Origin: Felis catus | Lineage: Eukaryota | Length of the DNA: 64,000 bases | NCBI RefSeq assembly: GCF_018350175.1 | Contig: NC_058377.1 | Location: 63,302,001 to 63,366,000, forward strand | Reading direction: 5' to 3' | In this document: in pieces, positions 22,976-37,240 of the stretch | How positions within the stretch are numbered: the first letter of the stretch is position 1 | Layout of the letters: each line of letters starts with the position of its first letter | The notes under the pieces: generated by a model | Seen by the model: only the letters and a program-made list of their open reading frames with translations | Databases searched by the model: none | What the model was told of the DNA's origin: nothing | Translations under genes and position numbers: made by a program

Positions 22976-24153
22976 CTGACCAGGGAGGAGGGGGAGTCAA
23001 AGGAAGGAGGGGTGGGCAAAATCAGTGTATCCCTCCTCATGCAGTCCAAGGATGCCAATCCTTCTTGCAATTGTACACTTCATTTTGAAACCTCTCTGGT
23101 TGGCACGTACATCTTGTCCTGCCAACGAGTGTAAAAGGCCTCACCTTTCACAACTGAGTGGAAACACATCCCTGATCTCTCTCAGGAGAGCAGACAGATC
23201 TGCATTCCTCACAGTGTGTACAAACACAGGCTCACCTTCCACAGGTGTTTACAAACCCTTCTCATAGAAAATATGCAACTAGCCCCTCCACCCATTAAGT
23301 CATTAAACATTTACTGCCTACTCTTGCCAAATTTGTGCAAAGCTCTCGTGATACAAAGATAAAACACAGTGCCTATCTCTAAAATACTTCCAAATCTACA
23401 GAGAAAAAAAAAAAGTCACAGAAAGAGTTTAGAGAAGTAAATAGTATAATGATAAGGGCATGGGTCCTGGAGTTAGGCTGTTTGGGTTCAATTCTTAGGT
23501 CAGTCATCTATTATACTGCATGACCCCTGACAAGTTACTTAACTTTTATGAGCCAAGGATCCTTGCTTTGTAAAATGGAGACAGCACAGACTTCACAGGG
23601 TGCTGGAGGGAGGATTAAATATGATGAAGTGCTCACATGCTGACTCATGGCAACCACTATATATTGCAAGGTATTATATTATTTATTATTAACATAAAGA
23701 AGACTGTACATGCAGTGATAAGGAAATGCACAGAAGGGGCATCTGGCCCAGGGTGGGAGAAGAGAACAGCCAGGAAATGCTTCAGAAGAAATGTTGTAAG
23801 CTAAATCTTCCTGGATAAATCATTGTTAGCCTAACCAAAGAGAAGTGCAGGGAGAAGAGGAAGGGTGTTCCAGACACAGAAGGTGGCCAGAAACAGCATC
23901 ATGTAAGTAGGGAAGCAGTCTGAGATGGCTGGAGACCAAGTCCAAGGCAAAAAATGTAAGAGAAGTCTGGAGAGAGAGGCAGGGGCCAGTCATGGAGTGC
24001 CACATGGGCCACATGAGGAACTTAGAAAATTATCCCAATAGCAATAGGGAGCAGTAGGAGCATGGTACAGCCAGGTTTACATTTTATCCTCCTCATTGCC
24101 TCTGTGTGGAGGATGAATTTGAACGTGGTGAGACAGCAGACAGGGTATGGTAG

Positions 24154-24184
<31 letters not shown>
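24154..24184. repeat. (CAT)n microsatellite
   Basis: About ten CAT units. Confidence 0.95.
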
Positions 24185-24187
<3 letters not shown>

Positions 24188-24359
24188 TTGCCATTTATTA
24201 AGTACTAAGTGCTGGGTGCTATGCTTTGTGCTTTATGTTTATGTTAATAGACTAAAAAAGGGTGAGTCATCCAAGGTAACAAAGCTAGTGAGCACTGGAG
24301 CCTGGATTCAAATCCAAGACAAAACATGTGTTTAGCCAAGATACTCTTGCAATCACCTT

Positions 24360-27300
24360 GTAAAAGATCTTGCGGTAGATGAGAAAAACCTGGAATTAGG
24401 CAGTAGCAATGTAGACTATGAGCTGGTACAAATTTAAGAAGTATTTAAGAAGTAAAGCAGTAGGAGGTGTTAGCTCTGAGTAGATATGGAGAGTGAGAGA
24501 TGAGTCTTGGTTGACTCCCAGATTCCTAGCTTAGAGGACTGAGTGGATGGTGGTAACAATCACTAAGATGAGAAACACAGAAAAAGGAGTGGTTTATAAA
24601 GGCTTTCAGCTTTGACCTGGCTGAGTGTACTGGAACAATGGGACATCCAGGAGGTGAGGCGCAGCAGACAGTTGGGGAAAAGGCAGGTTACAGAGAGATG
24701 GGGATGCCATCAACACTGAGAAGGCCTCTGTAGCCACAGAAGAGGTTGAGATCAGCCCAAAAGGTGGATCCAGTGCCAAGAGCAGGGCAGAGCACACAGG
24801 AAATACTGAACAAGGAGAGTAAAGAGGAACCAGTAGAGAGGTAAGAGGAGAGACACCGTCAAGACAGCAAAGAGACTAGTGCATTTCCAGAAGGAGGGAA
24901 GAAGCAGTCATCGGTGTCAAAAGCAGCTGAGGAGTCAGGGTAGGAAAGGATTGGAAAATGCCCCCTGAATTTGGCCAGCGTGAGAGTACATTCGTCTGTA
25001 AGGAAAACTGGGTGAGTGAGTGTGGGGTAGGGGCGGGGGGAGGAGAGCTTGACTGCTGCCAGTTGAAGAATGAATGGGAGGTTGGGGGTTTGGGGAAGAA
25101 GGGGAAAGAAGGACTGCTTGGCCGCTAGCTGGGACAAAGGGACAAAGGAGAGTTCTTATCTGTTTGTAATGGGAGCCTTGAGCATGTTTATGCATTGAGA
25201 AGCCAGTTAGAGAGGGAGACATAGAAGAGACAAGAAGAAGTGTGGACAGGTCTCTGAGAGGGGGTAATGGTTCAGGTTGGCCTGAAGAGGCCATCCTGTG
25301 AATGGGGGAAGAGAGAAAGAGAGGTGAATGCACTTGAGCACAGGGGTGAAGTTAGACACCATGCTTCACTCGCCTCAGACAAGATCGGCTGTTGAGAGTG
25401 AAGGAGGGGTTCAGGAGACTGGTGAGGGCTGGGATTAGTCACTGGAGGGAGGACGAGAGACAGCTTGCTAGAAACACACAGACTGTGGCTGTTGGGAGAC
25501 CATGAATCTGTCGAGGGAAGATCTGCATGGTGCACACTTTCCCATATCCTCAATCTCTCCTCTTAATGTTCTCTACACCTCTGAATCTGCATTAATTAAT
25601 TTTCATTTATTTAACAAACATGATGTGCCAGGCACGATTCTAAGTGCTTCACAAATATTAACTTATTTGTGACCTAGTTTTCCCTGCAGTCCTCTCAAGT
25701 ATAGAGTGGCTTGTCTCACATTCCACATTCCTTAGGGCCAGGTGGGGTTGAGTCCTCCCTGCCCCCAACTGGGACATTTCTATTCTTCTTGGAAGCTCAC
25801 GCCTTCTGTCTCTACCACCCCTCCTGTTATTATCTCCACTGACCTCATGGGTGCTTCCCCAGTTACTGAAGTCTTTTTTCTGGCTCACTCTCTTCTTCTG
25901 TTACTGCCACCCCCATAATAGGCCCTCCATCCATGCACTCCTGCCATCATTCTCAGGGGCTCTGACAACCACGACGTGACCCACCCACCAACAGGATCTC
26001 TTAATTCCTTGACCTCCTCACACCCAGTAATCTTTTCCTCCACTTCACCTCAGCTGTCTATTCCCATGCTTCCCCCACCTCCTGTTTCTCATCTCCAGTC
26101 ACTGCATCAACCCTGAAATCTGAATTTCAGCCAAAATACTTGCAAACTCGTCAAGACCTCCTTCCTATGTGTTGAGCATACCTGGCTTACACTACCTTCC
26201 TAACTGGTTTCCTCTTTCCATTCTTGCTCCTCTGTAATCTATTCTCTGCACAGCAGCCAGAGTGAGCTTTAAAAATCTAATTTATCTCACATTATTTCCC
26301 TGCCTTAAAAAAAAAAATCTCTTCTCATGGTTTCCCACTGTGTTTAAAAATAAAATGTAAACACTTCCCTAAAACCAAGTTCCTCCATGAGTTGTCCTGA
26401 TGCTTTTGGACCTCACTTCATCCTCCTCTTTCAGCCACACTCGCTTCTTTTGATCTCTGAACATGCCCAGTCTACTCCTTCCTGAAGGCCTTGGCATGGG
26501 TTTTTCCCATTGCCTGGAACAATCTGCAAGTCTGTCTTCTCATCCTTGGGTCTGAGGTCAAATGTCACCTCCTCAGGGAAGCCTTCCCTGATGACTCTAT
26601 GTAGAAGAGCCCCTGGCCTACCCATCCCCACACACTCTGTTTATTTCCTGCAAAGCACTTAGCACAAGCTGTGACTCTCCTGTTGGATTGTTTGCTTGCT
26701 TACTGTCAGTCACCATCCACTAGAGCATAAGCTCTTTGAGAGCAGGGACCAAGAGATAAATGAATGAGTAGTAATTAACAGTGAAGGCCCTACAATCAAA
26801 CCTGGATTCAGACCTTGGCTACTTACTTACTACAGAGCCTCAGAAATACTTCTTAATTACTCAGTGGCTCTGAACCCTAGTTTACTCCCCTGTAAAATGG
26901 GGGTAATAAAGTATTTGTTGTGAGGATTAAGTAATTCAATGCATGTATATCGGTTAGCCAGTCCCTGGCACATAATAAGCAATCAATACATGGTAGCTAC
27001 TACTATCATAATTTCTCAGGCACTAGTTTTCTCCAGGAGTTGTCAGTGATCTGGGCCTATGAGGAGGCACAGAGATGTCCAATTACAGTTCTGATCCAGT
27101 TTTGAATGTTTGCTGCATAGGTTCTGAAAAGAACAAAGACCTGAGGGAACCATGGCAGCCAGTCAGATGGTCAGCTGGGAAAAGGAAGAGTTGAGGGGGC
27201 TAGGTGTCTACACCCACTCAAAGATGTCATAGTGGGAGTGGAGTAATGGGAGCCAGGAGTGGGATGCCAGAGTTATGACCACAGAAGTGATATTATTCTG

Positions 27301-28150
27301 GGTGATAGCAAGGTCCAGGCACAACTGGGAGAAAGTATGACTGAGGTGGTAAGGAGGATGTTCCTGGAGAAACAGTCGAGAACCAAGAGGCCAAAGTGAG
27401 TCGTGAAGCCATGCAGGTTGATGGAAGAGCTTGGAATAGGCCAGAAGGCTGAGAGTGTTTCCAGCTGACAAAGGAGAGAGAGCAGCAGAGCTGAAATCTT
27501 AAAGAGCATGGGGGAGAGGGGGCACTGGAAGGGGAGCAGCGTCCCTGTGGCAGAGCCAGCTTTCCACGAAGGCAGGAATCAGCGGGGAGGTGTGGGTGGA
27601 GGCAGTGGCAAGAAGACCCAGGGACCAAAGCTCTCAGGGTAAAGGCAGAGTTCCCTAACAGGTGTACAAAGCCCCTGTAGTATGGGCCCCACCTGCCTGT
27701 CTGGCTTCACCCTCACCACCTCAGTCACACTTGTGCTCCAGACTCACCTGGCTTCCTCCAGGCCCTCTTACCTGACACATTTCCTCAAGCCACACGCCTT
27801 TTCTCCCGTTCTTCCTTCTGCCTAGGATGCTCGTAGCACTCCCTTCGCTTAGCTAACTTTAGTGCACCCTTCACTATAGCGCACCCTCTGCATCACACCT
27901 TAGGTAAGCCTTCCCTCATTCTCCACACTACAATAGATCCTACCTAAACTCTCATATCTTAGCACTTCAGGTGCAGCATTATGAAGGGGGCAATACTTAC
28001 ATTTATCTTTAGTCTGGCTGTATGATCCTTTGATCACTGGCTTTCTGTTTAACTATACTCTAAAAGCAAGTATGATACCTGTTTCCTTATCATACCCAAT
28101 GCCTGGGACAGGTCTGGCACATAGAAATGCTCAATAAATAATACTTGTTG
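24360..28150. mobile_element. Patchwork of degraded L2 and MIR fragments, both orientations (TRIM3 intron 2)
   Basis: L2-type motifs (tcaaatgtcacctcctcagggaagccttccctga; ttgttgaatgagt) and MIR core (ctgtaaaatgggggtaataa); boundaries approximate. Confidence 0.55.
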
Positions 28151-28563
28151 AATGAGTAAATAACGGATAAAGCCTAAAGGGGGTGGTTGCCTTTCACTCA
28201 GCGCCTCAGAACAACCATGAAGATAAGCAGGGAAGGAAGGACAGGCTTTCCTCTATCCTCCCACTGGTGACAAACTCTTCTGAGGCTGCAGCTTGTTGAG
28301 AGTCTGGGCTCTGTTTGATTTCTCTGATGGTATTGAAAGCTGCCTTGGTTTGGGAAGGGGCAGAGACCACGGCCCAGTGTTAGCAGCTTCTGGTCCTCTC
28401 TCACACGTTCTTGCACCAAACCCTCACCTCCTGCAGTTTGGGGTACATCTGCTCCCCTACATGTATACCCATTTTCCTCACCTCCTATAGGTTTATACAT
28501 GCCACCCCCTCTCAGGGGAGGTGGCAAGGTCCTCATCCCTCCCTGGTACACACACCCTCTCAC

Positions 28564-28694
28564 CTCTCACAAAACGTGTGCAGGCAAGGCAGGACCTTGG
28601 GGCACCGGTACCGATCCAGGCAGATGCTGCACACCAGAAACTGCTTGTCCATTGGCTGGACCTCTGGGCCAGGGCTGTCCTCCCTCTTCGCCAT
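28564..28694 (-). CDS. TRIM3: TRIM3 first coding exon (RING N-terminal half)
   Basis: ACCATGG Kozak; [43 protein letters not shown]; acceptor at 28730-28731; all 11 coding exons total 2235 nt = 744 aa + stop. Confidence 0.97.
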
Positions 28695-29441
28695 GGTGTT
28701 CACGGATGGCTCCTACCACTCACACCAGCCTGTGTACAGAGACATGGTCAGTCCTAGGGAAGCTCACATTTCCTCTCCCCACCTAATCTCACCACTCAAA
28801 TCCCCTGCAGAGAACTAACCCCATTTCTTTCCAGACAGAGGCAGGACAGGCAGTGATTGGGAGAGAACAGGGTGAGGGAGGTGGGCTGAGTGACCTCTGA
28901 GCATGGTGCTCTGGTTAAAACCACAGACTTAGGGTTAGACTGAGTTTCAAACCCAGCTCAGCCTCTTACCAGCTATGTGACCTTGGGCAATTCATACAAC
29001 CTCTCCGAGCCTCAGTCTCCTGATTTGGAATTATGGGAATAATCCATACCTCAAATGGATGTTTTGAGAATTTGCGATAGTGCCTATTGAGTACATAGTA
29101 CAAGGATGCCCACTTTCAATGACACACCCATCTTTCACTTCCTCTGCCTTCCCCGAATCCTCATCCTACTGAGTCTCTCCTGTGATACAACAACAGCCTC
29201 CTAACTGGTATCCTTGTTTCCTTGCTTGTGCATTCTCATCTATCTCCCTTGCAGCTAGACCAAGGCTCCTAAAACACAGGTTCTATCTTGTCACTTACTC
29301 CCTATTAAAATCCCTCACTGGTTCTCCATTGTCCAGAGAACAAAGTCCAAACTCCTTATGTTGGCCAACAAGGTTTAGCTTTGTTTGCTCCATACCTCCC
29401 TCTACTACCTCACGTCTCATGATTATATATGATCAGTCACA

Positions 29442-29609
29442 GGGCGCCCGGGTGGCTCAGTCGGTTGAGTGTTCAACTCTTAATTTCAGCTCAGATCATG
29501 ATCTCACCGTTCATGAGTTCGAGACCCAGTTCAGGCTCTGCGCTGGCAGCACAGAGGCTGCTTGGGATTCTCTCTCTCTCCCTCTCTCCCTGCACCTCCC
29601 CTACTCATG

Positions 29610-29642
<33 letters not shown>

Positions 29643-29670
29643 AAAAATGAATAAACATTTATTTAAAAAA
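29442..29670 (+). mobile_element. Can-SINE within an L2 relic
   Basis: Head, (CT)n, A-rich tail. Confidence 0.9.
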
Positions 29671-32600
29671 TCACATTGGCTTCTTTTCAGTTCCTGGAAA
29701 ACTCCTTGTTCTCTTTTGCTTCTAGGCCATCAAACATTCTGTTCCCTTAGCCTGAGATCCTCTTACAAGCCCCCCTTTGTCTGGCCGACTCCCACTGATC
29801 TTTCAGGTCTCCACATAAATGTCACTTCCTCCAGAAGGTCCTCCCTGGTTTCCTGAAGTCTGGGTTAGGTATTCCATCTTTGTATCCCTACATACCCTGT
29901 ATTTCCTCCATTCTAGCCCATATATGCTATATTATAATATCCTTGTAACTGCTCTACTTCTTCCACTGCATGAAGAGTTCTTGAAGGCAGGCATGATATT
30001 TTACTTTTTTATCCCTAACACTTAGCAGAAAGCCTGACATAAAGGATTGATCTATATTTATTGAATAATTATTCCATAGTTCAACAAATATCTATTAAGT
30101 GCCTACTTTGTACAGGCACTAGGGATAGAGCGTAAACAAAACAGATATGGTCACTGTCCTTGTAATGGCGATATTTTAAAAGTAAATAAGCAAATACATA
30201 CTTATAAACTGCAGGGGAAGGAAGTGCTATAAAAAAGAAAGGATCCTATGAGAAACAACACTGATTTGGTTGGGTGATCAGAGAAAGCCTCTCCAAGCAG
30301 GTAACTTGTAAACCGAGCTCTGAGGGTTGGAAGGAAAATGGTAGGGATGAGGGTGGGGGCATCAAAGACTGAGGGAAGGAAGTCATTCTGAGCTGAAGGA
30401 ACAGCAGGAATGAAAGTTCTTAGGCAGAAGGCTCACTGAGAACCCAAAAGGACTATGTGATCAGTGTGAAGTGAATAAAAGACAAGAGGTAAGTCTGGGA
30501 AATGAGGCTGAAATGATATCACCAAGGACCTTGAGGTTAAGAATTTGGACTTTATCCTGATTGGGGGTGAGGAGGAGGGATGGTCCAATTTACAAAAAAA
30601 TAAAAACAAAGTTAAAAAGCTCTTCTGGTAGCTATGAGGATTGAGGAGAGGCTAGAGTGGAAGCAGGGAGACCAGTTAGGAAGCTGCCTCAGTTCTTTGG
30701 GTCAGATGATGTTGGGTACTGGCAGAGATATAGGCAAAAAGGTAGAATGATTTGAGAAATATTCATGAGGTTGAATCAAAAAAACATCACAACGGATTGG
30801 GTGTGAGAGGGATAATGGAATGCCAGTAATGACTCCCAGGTTTTTCACTTAAGGAAGTGGTAGGCCATGCCTAGAGGTAGTAAAAGCTGAAGAACTGATC
30901 TGGGGCATTCCGGTTTTGGCATGCTAGGTTTGAGACGCTATATGATATCTGGGTAGAGATGTAAAGTAAGGAATAGAATAGAATCTGTCTGGTTTTGGAA
31001 GCATTGGCATATTAACAGCACTTAAAGCAATGAGAATGGATGAGGCCTCCTAGAGACAGAGAGTGGAGAGTGAAGGAGAACCCAAAGGAATAGAAAAAAC
31101 CCAAGAGTCCCAACTGTGGGAGTCTTCCAAAGAGGAGAATGATTCCAGAAAGAAGAGATGGTGAAGTAAGATGAAGACTGGAATGCCCACCAGGTTTGCT
31201 TCTGGTGGCACAGTAGGGACAGCAACTAGGTTAGAGTTGTTGAATGATGAATGGAGATGAAGAAATTAACACAGTGGCATAAACAATTCATGACAGAAAT
31301 GTGGCCACGAAGGAAGGCAGAAAAATAGCTGGACTACTTCAAAATAGGAGGTGACTAGAATCAGGTAACAACTATCTGTGCCCAGCTAGATGTATCATGG
31401 GCTTCTGTAAAAACAATGAATGAATGAATGAATACATGCATGCAGTGGGGCCAGTCCAGAGCCCTCTCCAGGTTTGAGGCTGAACTGCATGTGTCTTATG
31501 TTTGTAGAAGGGTGGGAATGAGTAGGAACAGGATAGGAAGGGCATCCCTGAGAGCATCCTCTCCTGATGTAGGCACTGGGACTCAGAGGTTCTCTCTCCA
31601 GAGAGACTTAACACCAGGACAACATAGCAGGAAGAGGACAGATTGAGGGTTGGAGGAAGGAACAGGAGGTAGGAGCCAAGCTGAAGCTTCTGTCTGATGA
31701 AGGGGAGGGCTGGGAAGAAGAGTAGGAGTGGTCTACTGGGCCCTGCTAAGGCAGCTGGATGTCAGGCTCCGCCTCTCTCCAAGCCCAAGGGGCTCTCCCA
31801 GCCTGTCACACAGGGGCGGGGACTGGGCTACATCCAGGACGGACAGCTCCTCCCTCCCTTCCCCTTCCTGCTTCAGTTCCCCACCCAGACTTGCCAGGCA
31901 TGCAACTGCTGAGGCCATACCCCAGACTGAATCACTAAGAATCCCTTCTTCTCTTGGGCTCTTACTCCCACCTCTCCCATCCCACCGTGTCCTACAGATC
32001 TGCCCCCAAAGTCCTCTAGGCAATGGTTTAAGTGGACTGTTTATCACAGCAGAAACTTGGAGGATCTTGAACTTAAACCTGATTCAACCCTCCTTCCTCA
32101 GGATGCCACTGCCATCCCTGCATCCCTTATCCTACCCATCTTTTATGGCTCAGTTCTAAAGGCACTTCATTTCCCCAATCAGCATTCACTCAACACCTCT
32201 GTTAGGACTGGGAACACAAACATAAATAGTCACAGTGCAGCCTTCATGGATTCCAGTCTAACAAATAGATGACTGCAATGTAATATGGAAGGCTTTGTGG
32301 GGAAGCACAGGTTGCTCCAGGAGCACAGAGGTCACCTAACCTAGAGCTGGGGCAGGGGAGGGGGGTTACTAGAGGTTGGGGGTCAAAGGAGTTCTCCTAA
32401 GAAAGTGCCTTTCATGCTGAGAGCTCCAGGATGTGTAAGAGTCACAAAGCATGGTGTCTTCTGCATCAGGAGACTGAATCACACACTGTGACAGAGGTGG
32501 GCTAAGAAATGAGATGGAGTGATAGGCAGGAGCTAGATCATACAATGCTTTATTGGCCTTATTAAAGAGTTTAGACTTTACTCTTCCCTGCTTGGGAATT

Positions 32601-35600
32601 AAGTCATGATCCAAAGAGCAAAGGAAACCTTGGGTAGGGTGGGGGGCGGGGTTTAGGCGGGCAAAGAGGGTTTAAGTAGAAAGTAATAGAGTCAAAAGAG
32701 TAGCTTTTTGACTGCTGTGTGAAAAACTGTTTAGAGAAGTTACCAGGGGAAAAGTGAGACTGCATGATATTCCACAGGAGAGGTGATGGTGGCCTTGACT
32801 AGGGAAGAAGCAAAGGGGAGGTGGAGAGAAGTAGATTTCACAGGGAGGAATCAACAGAAATTGATGACTGGTTGGTGTGATGTGAACAGTAGATGGAGAA
32901 GAAAGAACTGGAGATGATTCCTTGTTTTCTGGCTTGGAAACTCTAGGAGAGGAGCAGCTGGATGAGAGGATAAGTTCAGGGTTTTAATAAGACAGATCTG
33001 AGAAGCCTATTGGGCATTTTGAGTGGAGAGGTCCAGCTGGCAGTGGGAAAGTTAGGCTGGAGCCTAGGAAAGAGAGCGGCCTGGAGATAGGGATTTGGGA
33101 GTTACTGGTGTAGACATGGTGCCCGAAGCCATGGTATTGGCTGACATCACCCAGACAGAGCATAAGGAGAGAAAGGAGAGACTGTGACTGTGCTCTGAGG
33201 AACTTCATCATTCAAGGGATAGGTCCAGGAAACAAAGCTTGCAAAGGAATTGAAAAGGTTATTGCCAGAGAGGCAGGAGAAACAGGAAAGAGAGATATCA
33301 TGAAGACCAAGGAAGAAGAAGCTTCATGGATAAGGGAACAATCTTCATTGTGAAACACTGCAGAGAATCCCCAGGATCTAAAGCCAAAAAGAAGCTGTCA
33401 CTAACTTTAGAGAGTATGGTTTCCAGGGGCTGGAGGAAAGGAAGCCAGATCCAGAGGGTGAGGAGGAAGTTGATTTTGAGCAGATGAAGAAAGCCAGTGC
33501 TGACTCCACTAGATCCTTGGCATCTGCAAAGGATATGTCTCAAGGCTTTTCAGTTTCTCCAAATTCTCAAACAGCATCCAATTTCCCCCATGACTTCCTC
33601 CTACTGAGAGTCATGTATACATGACTGAGAGTCCCAGTATACATGCTTCACACAGCTGTGACTGGAGGTAGGTGACCACGGCATTGTTAAAAAAACAATG
33701 CAAGAGGTCATCTAGGTTCACTTGCTTCCTAAAATGACTCGTTCCCGTCCACTAGCCCCTAAGGGTATTTGATCATTGGAGGCCTTAGAAAAGTGACAAA
33801 TGACTACAGGTTACAGTTTTGGGGCTTCTCTGGGACAGATGAAGCCTTGGAAGGATAGAGTCCTGAAAGCAAAGGAATCCTTTCAATAAGATTGGCAGGG
33901 AAGGAAAGTGATGCAATTCACAGTGCCATCTCCCCCATCACTGCCAGAATGAGCAGGTGGATGAACCATTTAATCAGCTGATTAACCTATCAAACAATCA
34001 AACTTCTCTGGGCATACTCTGGACCAGGCTCTTAAACTTGGAACTGGAGACACAGAGCTGAAACAGCTGCACTCCCGGTCTTTCACCAATTCTCAGACTA
34101 GCGTGGGAAAGAGACATGGAAATACAGTACTATAATGTGGTACGTGTCATGATACTGATATACTCTAACTATTATGGACAAAAAGAGGAGGAAGTATCTA
34201 ACTCTGAAGGTGGTGGGGGAAAATAAAGAAGGCTTCCAGAGGAAGAGATATATGAGCTGACTCTTGAAGGAGTTTGACAGGTACATTGGGAAAACAGTGA
34301 GTAAAGGAACAGAAGCATGAAAAATTAAGAAACATGGACCAGTTGGGGCAAGAGAGCAAGACTGAGATAGCAAGACTTGAAAGGGCAGAGGTTGTCCTAG
34401 ATGTTTTCACAACCCACTCAAGGAGGGCTCTCCACCTGCCTCTCTAGCTGTGCCTTCACTGCCCATTCCTTAAATGTTTAGTTCCTAAGGTCTTTGATCC
34501 AGGACCTCTTCTCTTAGTTTCATACTCTGCCTGGGAAATCTCATCAACTCCCATGGCTTCAGTAACCATCCACTTGACTCTCAAAGCCTTATCTCCTGTG
34601 CAGAAAACTTACTTGCACACCAGACCCATATACCCAGCTATATCTTGAACATCTCTACGTGGATGATGCATAGAGATTAATCTAAAACTGATTTTCCCCC
34701 TAACCTACTCTTCCTGCTGGCGTTTCTTATCTCAACAAAAGGTACCATCATCCACCTGGCCACACCAGCCAGAACCCTGGGAATCTTCTCAATTCTTCCT
34801 GTTCTTTCACCTTTCAGATACCAGCTATGACTATATCCTATATTCTGCTTCTAAAATGTGTCAAAGTTAAAAGGTCAGGAGATTTAGGAGCCAATCCTGA
34901 CTCTGACACTAATCTCACTAAGGCAAGGTAAGACACTGGGCAAGTTTCTACTCCAGCCCCTTACTTGTAAATTGGGATGGGGAGGGTCTTTTTGTTCTCC
35001 AAATCTGCAATCCCCTGGGTTCTCTTTCCAGCCAAAGGTCCCTACAGACTGTAATATGTGCCATGATTAAATCCCATCTTGTACCACCTTGAGGATTTGA
35101 TTGCTTTCCACGGTAAGGCTAGGTGTGCAGCTGCTTCCACCACCCTTCCAGAATAAACATTTGCTAAGTTTAGGGCACCCATGACACTCCCTCTGGACAC
35201 CCTCTCTCTAGCCATATGGTTTTGCTCTGTTTTTCTGAACACAGGCTGTACTATCACAACCATGGGCCTTTGCTCAAGCTCTTCTCTCAGCAAGAATGCC
35301 ATTGTCCCCTAAGTGGCTGAGGCAGCACCTGGCACAGAGGGTGCTCAGTATATGTTGGTGACAGGAGAGCCATGTTTAAATCACTGCAGTTCCCTCTCAC
35401 CAGACAGAGACTCAAAAGCACAGGCAATAACAAGACAAGTGAACAAAGTTCCAAGGAAAAAGACCTCTACTTAACATACAAAAGCCTCCCCACAGCATAA
35501 GGTAGTAAGTGCTCTGTCACTGGTGGCATGTAAGCCAAGAGAGGCAGGGCACCTGTCAGGCCTGCAGCTCTGATTCCAATTCTGCAGCAAACCAGAGCCC

Positions 35601-36169
35601 TACTTAGGGGATGAATGGGCACTGGTGAGCTGGACACACAAACAGGGGGAGAGACCTGTGAAAAAGACCTCTGCACCGACTCCAACCTTCCAGATTTCAT
35701 CTTCCTACTGGGGCTAGTCCTGGGCGTATGCTATCCACATCAGAGACCCCCACACCAGAAACAAGCCCAGGACCTGCCTTCAGTCAGACCGACCTCTCTG
35801 GGGTGCAGCCTGCCCCTCCAACCTGCAACCATCTGTCTCTGCAGGTTTGCAGCCCAGGATCTGAAGCCAAGTCCAGAAGGGAGGAGGCTGGAACCAGGGA
35901 GGGGCCTGGGGTCCTCCAGGCAGGGCCCAGGCTGAAGGGGAACCAGAGGGGTCTTTTCCTACAACAAGCAGCCTCCGGATCAGGCTTCCTGTCAAGGGAG
36001 CAGCTCTAGAGGAGGAATGAGTGTCCTCCACCCTGGCTGGTGGGCTTCTGGGTGGCTGAGGAGGATGGTGGGGGAAGCTAGGGGTGGAAGTGTCTGCACC
36101 CAGGGAGAAAGGAACCCTTCAGACAAGCTGGGCCACAAGATTCCAGAGTTCCATTCAGCAACCCCACCC

Positions 36170-37240
36170 GCCAAACCACCACCACCCTCGGCCGCAGCGT
36201 TCGACACCNNNNNNNNNNNNNNNNNNNNNNNNNNNNNNNNNNNNNNNNNNNNNNNNNNNNNNNNNNNNNNNNNNNNNNNNNNNNNNNNNNNNNNNNNNNN
36301 NNNNNNNNNNNNNNNNNNNNNNNNNNNNNNNNNNNNNNTCACAGACACGGACACGCCTCACGTGGACAGAGACAGGCACAGCTTTTGAAAAGCATCTGTG
36401 CCCCCACCCACAGACACTCGGACAGACACACCACGGCTCGGACCTGGACGCGGACCCGAGCAAACAGGGACACAAACGCACCCCTGGGGGCCGCCCGTCG
36501 CACTCACCGCGGCGGAGCAGGATGGGAGGGCCAAGGCCCAGACTGCGGCCACTCGGAGCGGCCCGCGGCGCTGCCCCCGCTGCCAGCGCCCGTCCGCCCG
36601 GCCCTGCCCGCGGCGCCGCCCCACGTCCCGCGCCTCCGCCTGTCCCCGCGCCGGCGCCGCCGCCGGACCCGCCGCACAGGCCGGAGGGAGGGGCCGGGGC
36701 GGGGCTGCAGACCCGCCGGGGGAGGGGGCGGCTCGGGTGCTGAAGACCCACCCACGGCCCGCCCGCCGCCGCGGAGGCCCCGCCCCCTTTTACCCCACCC
36801 GCCGGGCTCCCCCAACCCCCTCGAGGCTCCTACGGGAGCTGCCTCAGCCGGCGGGTTGGGGAACGCGTGAGCCGGATCCCGGATCCACGATCTCTGCCAG
36901 CTGCCTCTGGCTCCCGACCGCTCCGGGGCAGGTCTCAGGAACTGGGCTGAGGCTCCGTCATGGAAACGCAGCTGGGCAGCAGAGATTTCGGACTCTGGGA
37001 GCCGGTCCGGGCCCTCCAGGAGGTGCACTTCCCAGCTTTCTTCGGGGGCTCCTTGGGAATATGCTAGTGTGCTCTCTGCTGCGGCAGGGGGATACGGGAT
37101 AGTCCGTACCTCGGCATGGATCTCTGGGCGACGGAAGGGCCTCCAGGTGGAAGCACAGCACCCAAAGCGCTAGAAGGGGCGGACGGGGTGGTGAAAGGTG
37201 GGGGACTTGATTTGGCTGTAGGTGAGGAGACCCCTCGCGA
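36170..37240 (-). promoter_or_regulatory. TRIM3: TRIM3 CpG-island promoter and non-coding exon 1 (donor after 36508)
   Basis: Very high GC and CpG density, GC boxes (GGGGCGGGG 36696-36704), CGG|GTGAGT donor on minus strand; TSS not determinable. Confidence 0.8.

Noticed and set aside
29182-29856. 224-aa ORF in TRIM3 intron 1
   Set aside because: Non-ATG start, runs through an L2 relic and a SINE; chance ORF.
36084-37102. Several 160-234 aa ORFs on both strands
   Set aside because: Stop-poor GC-rich CpG island, some spanning Ns; low-complexity Pro/Arg/Gly products.
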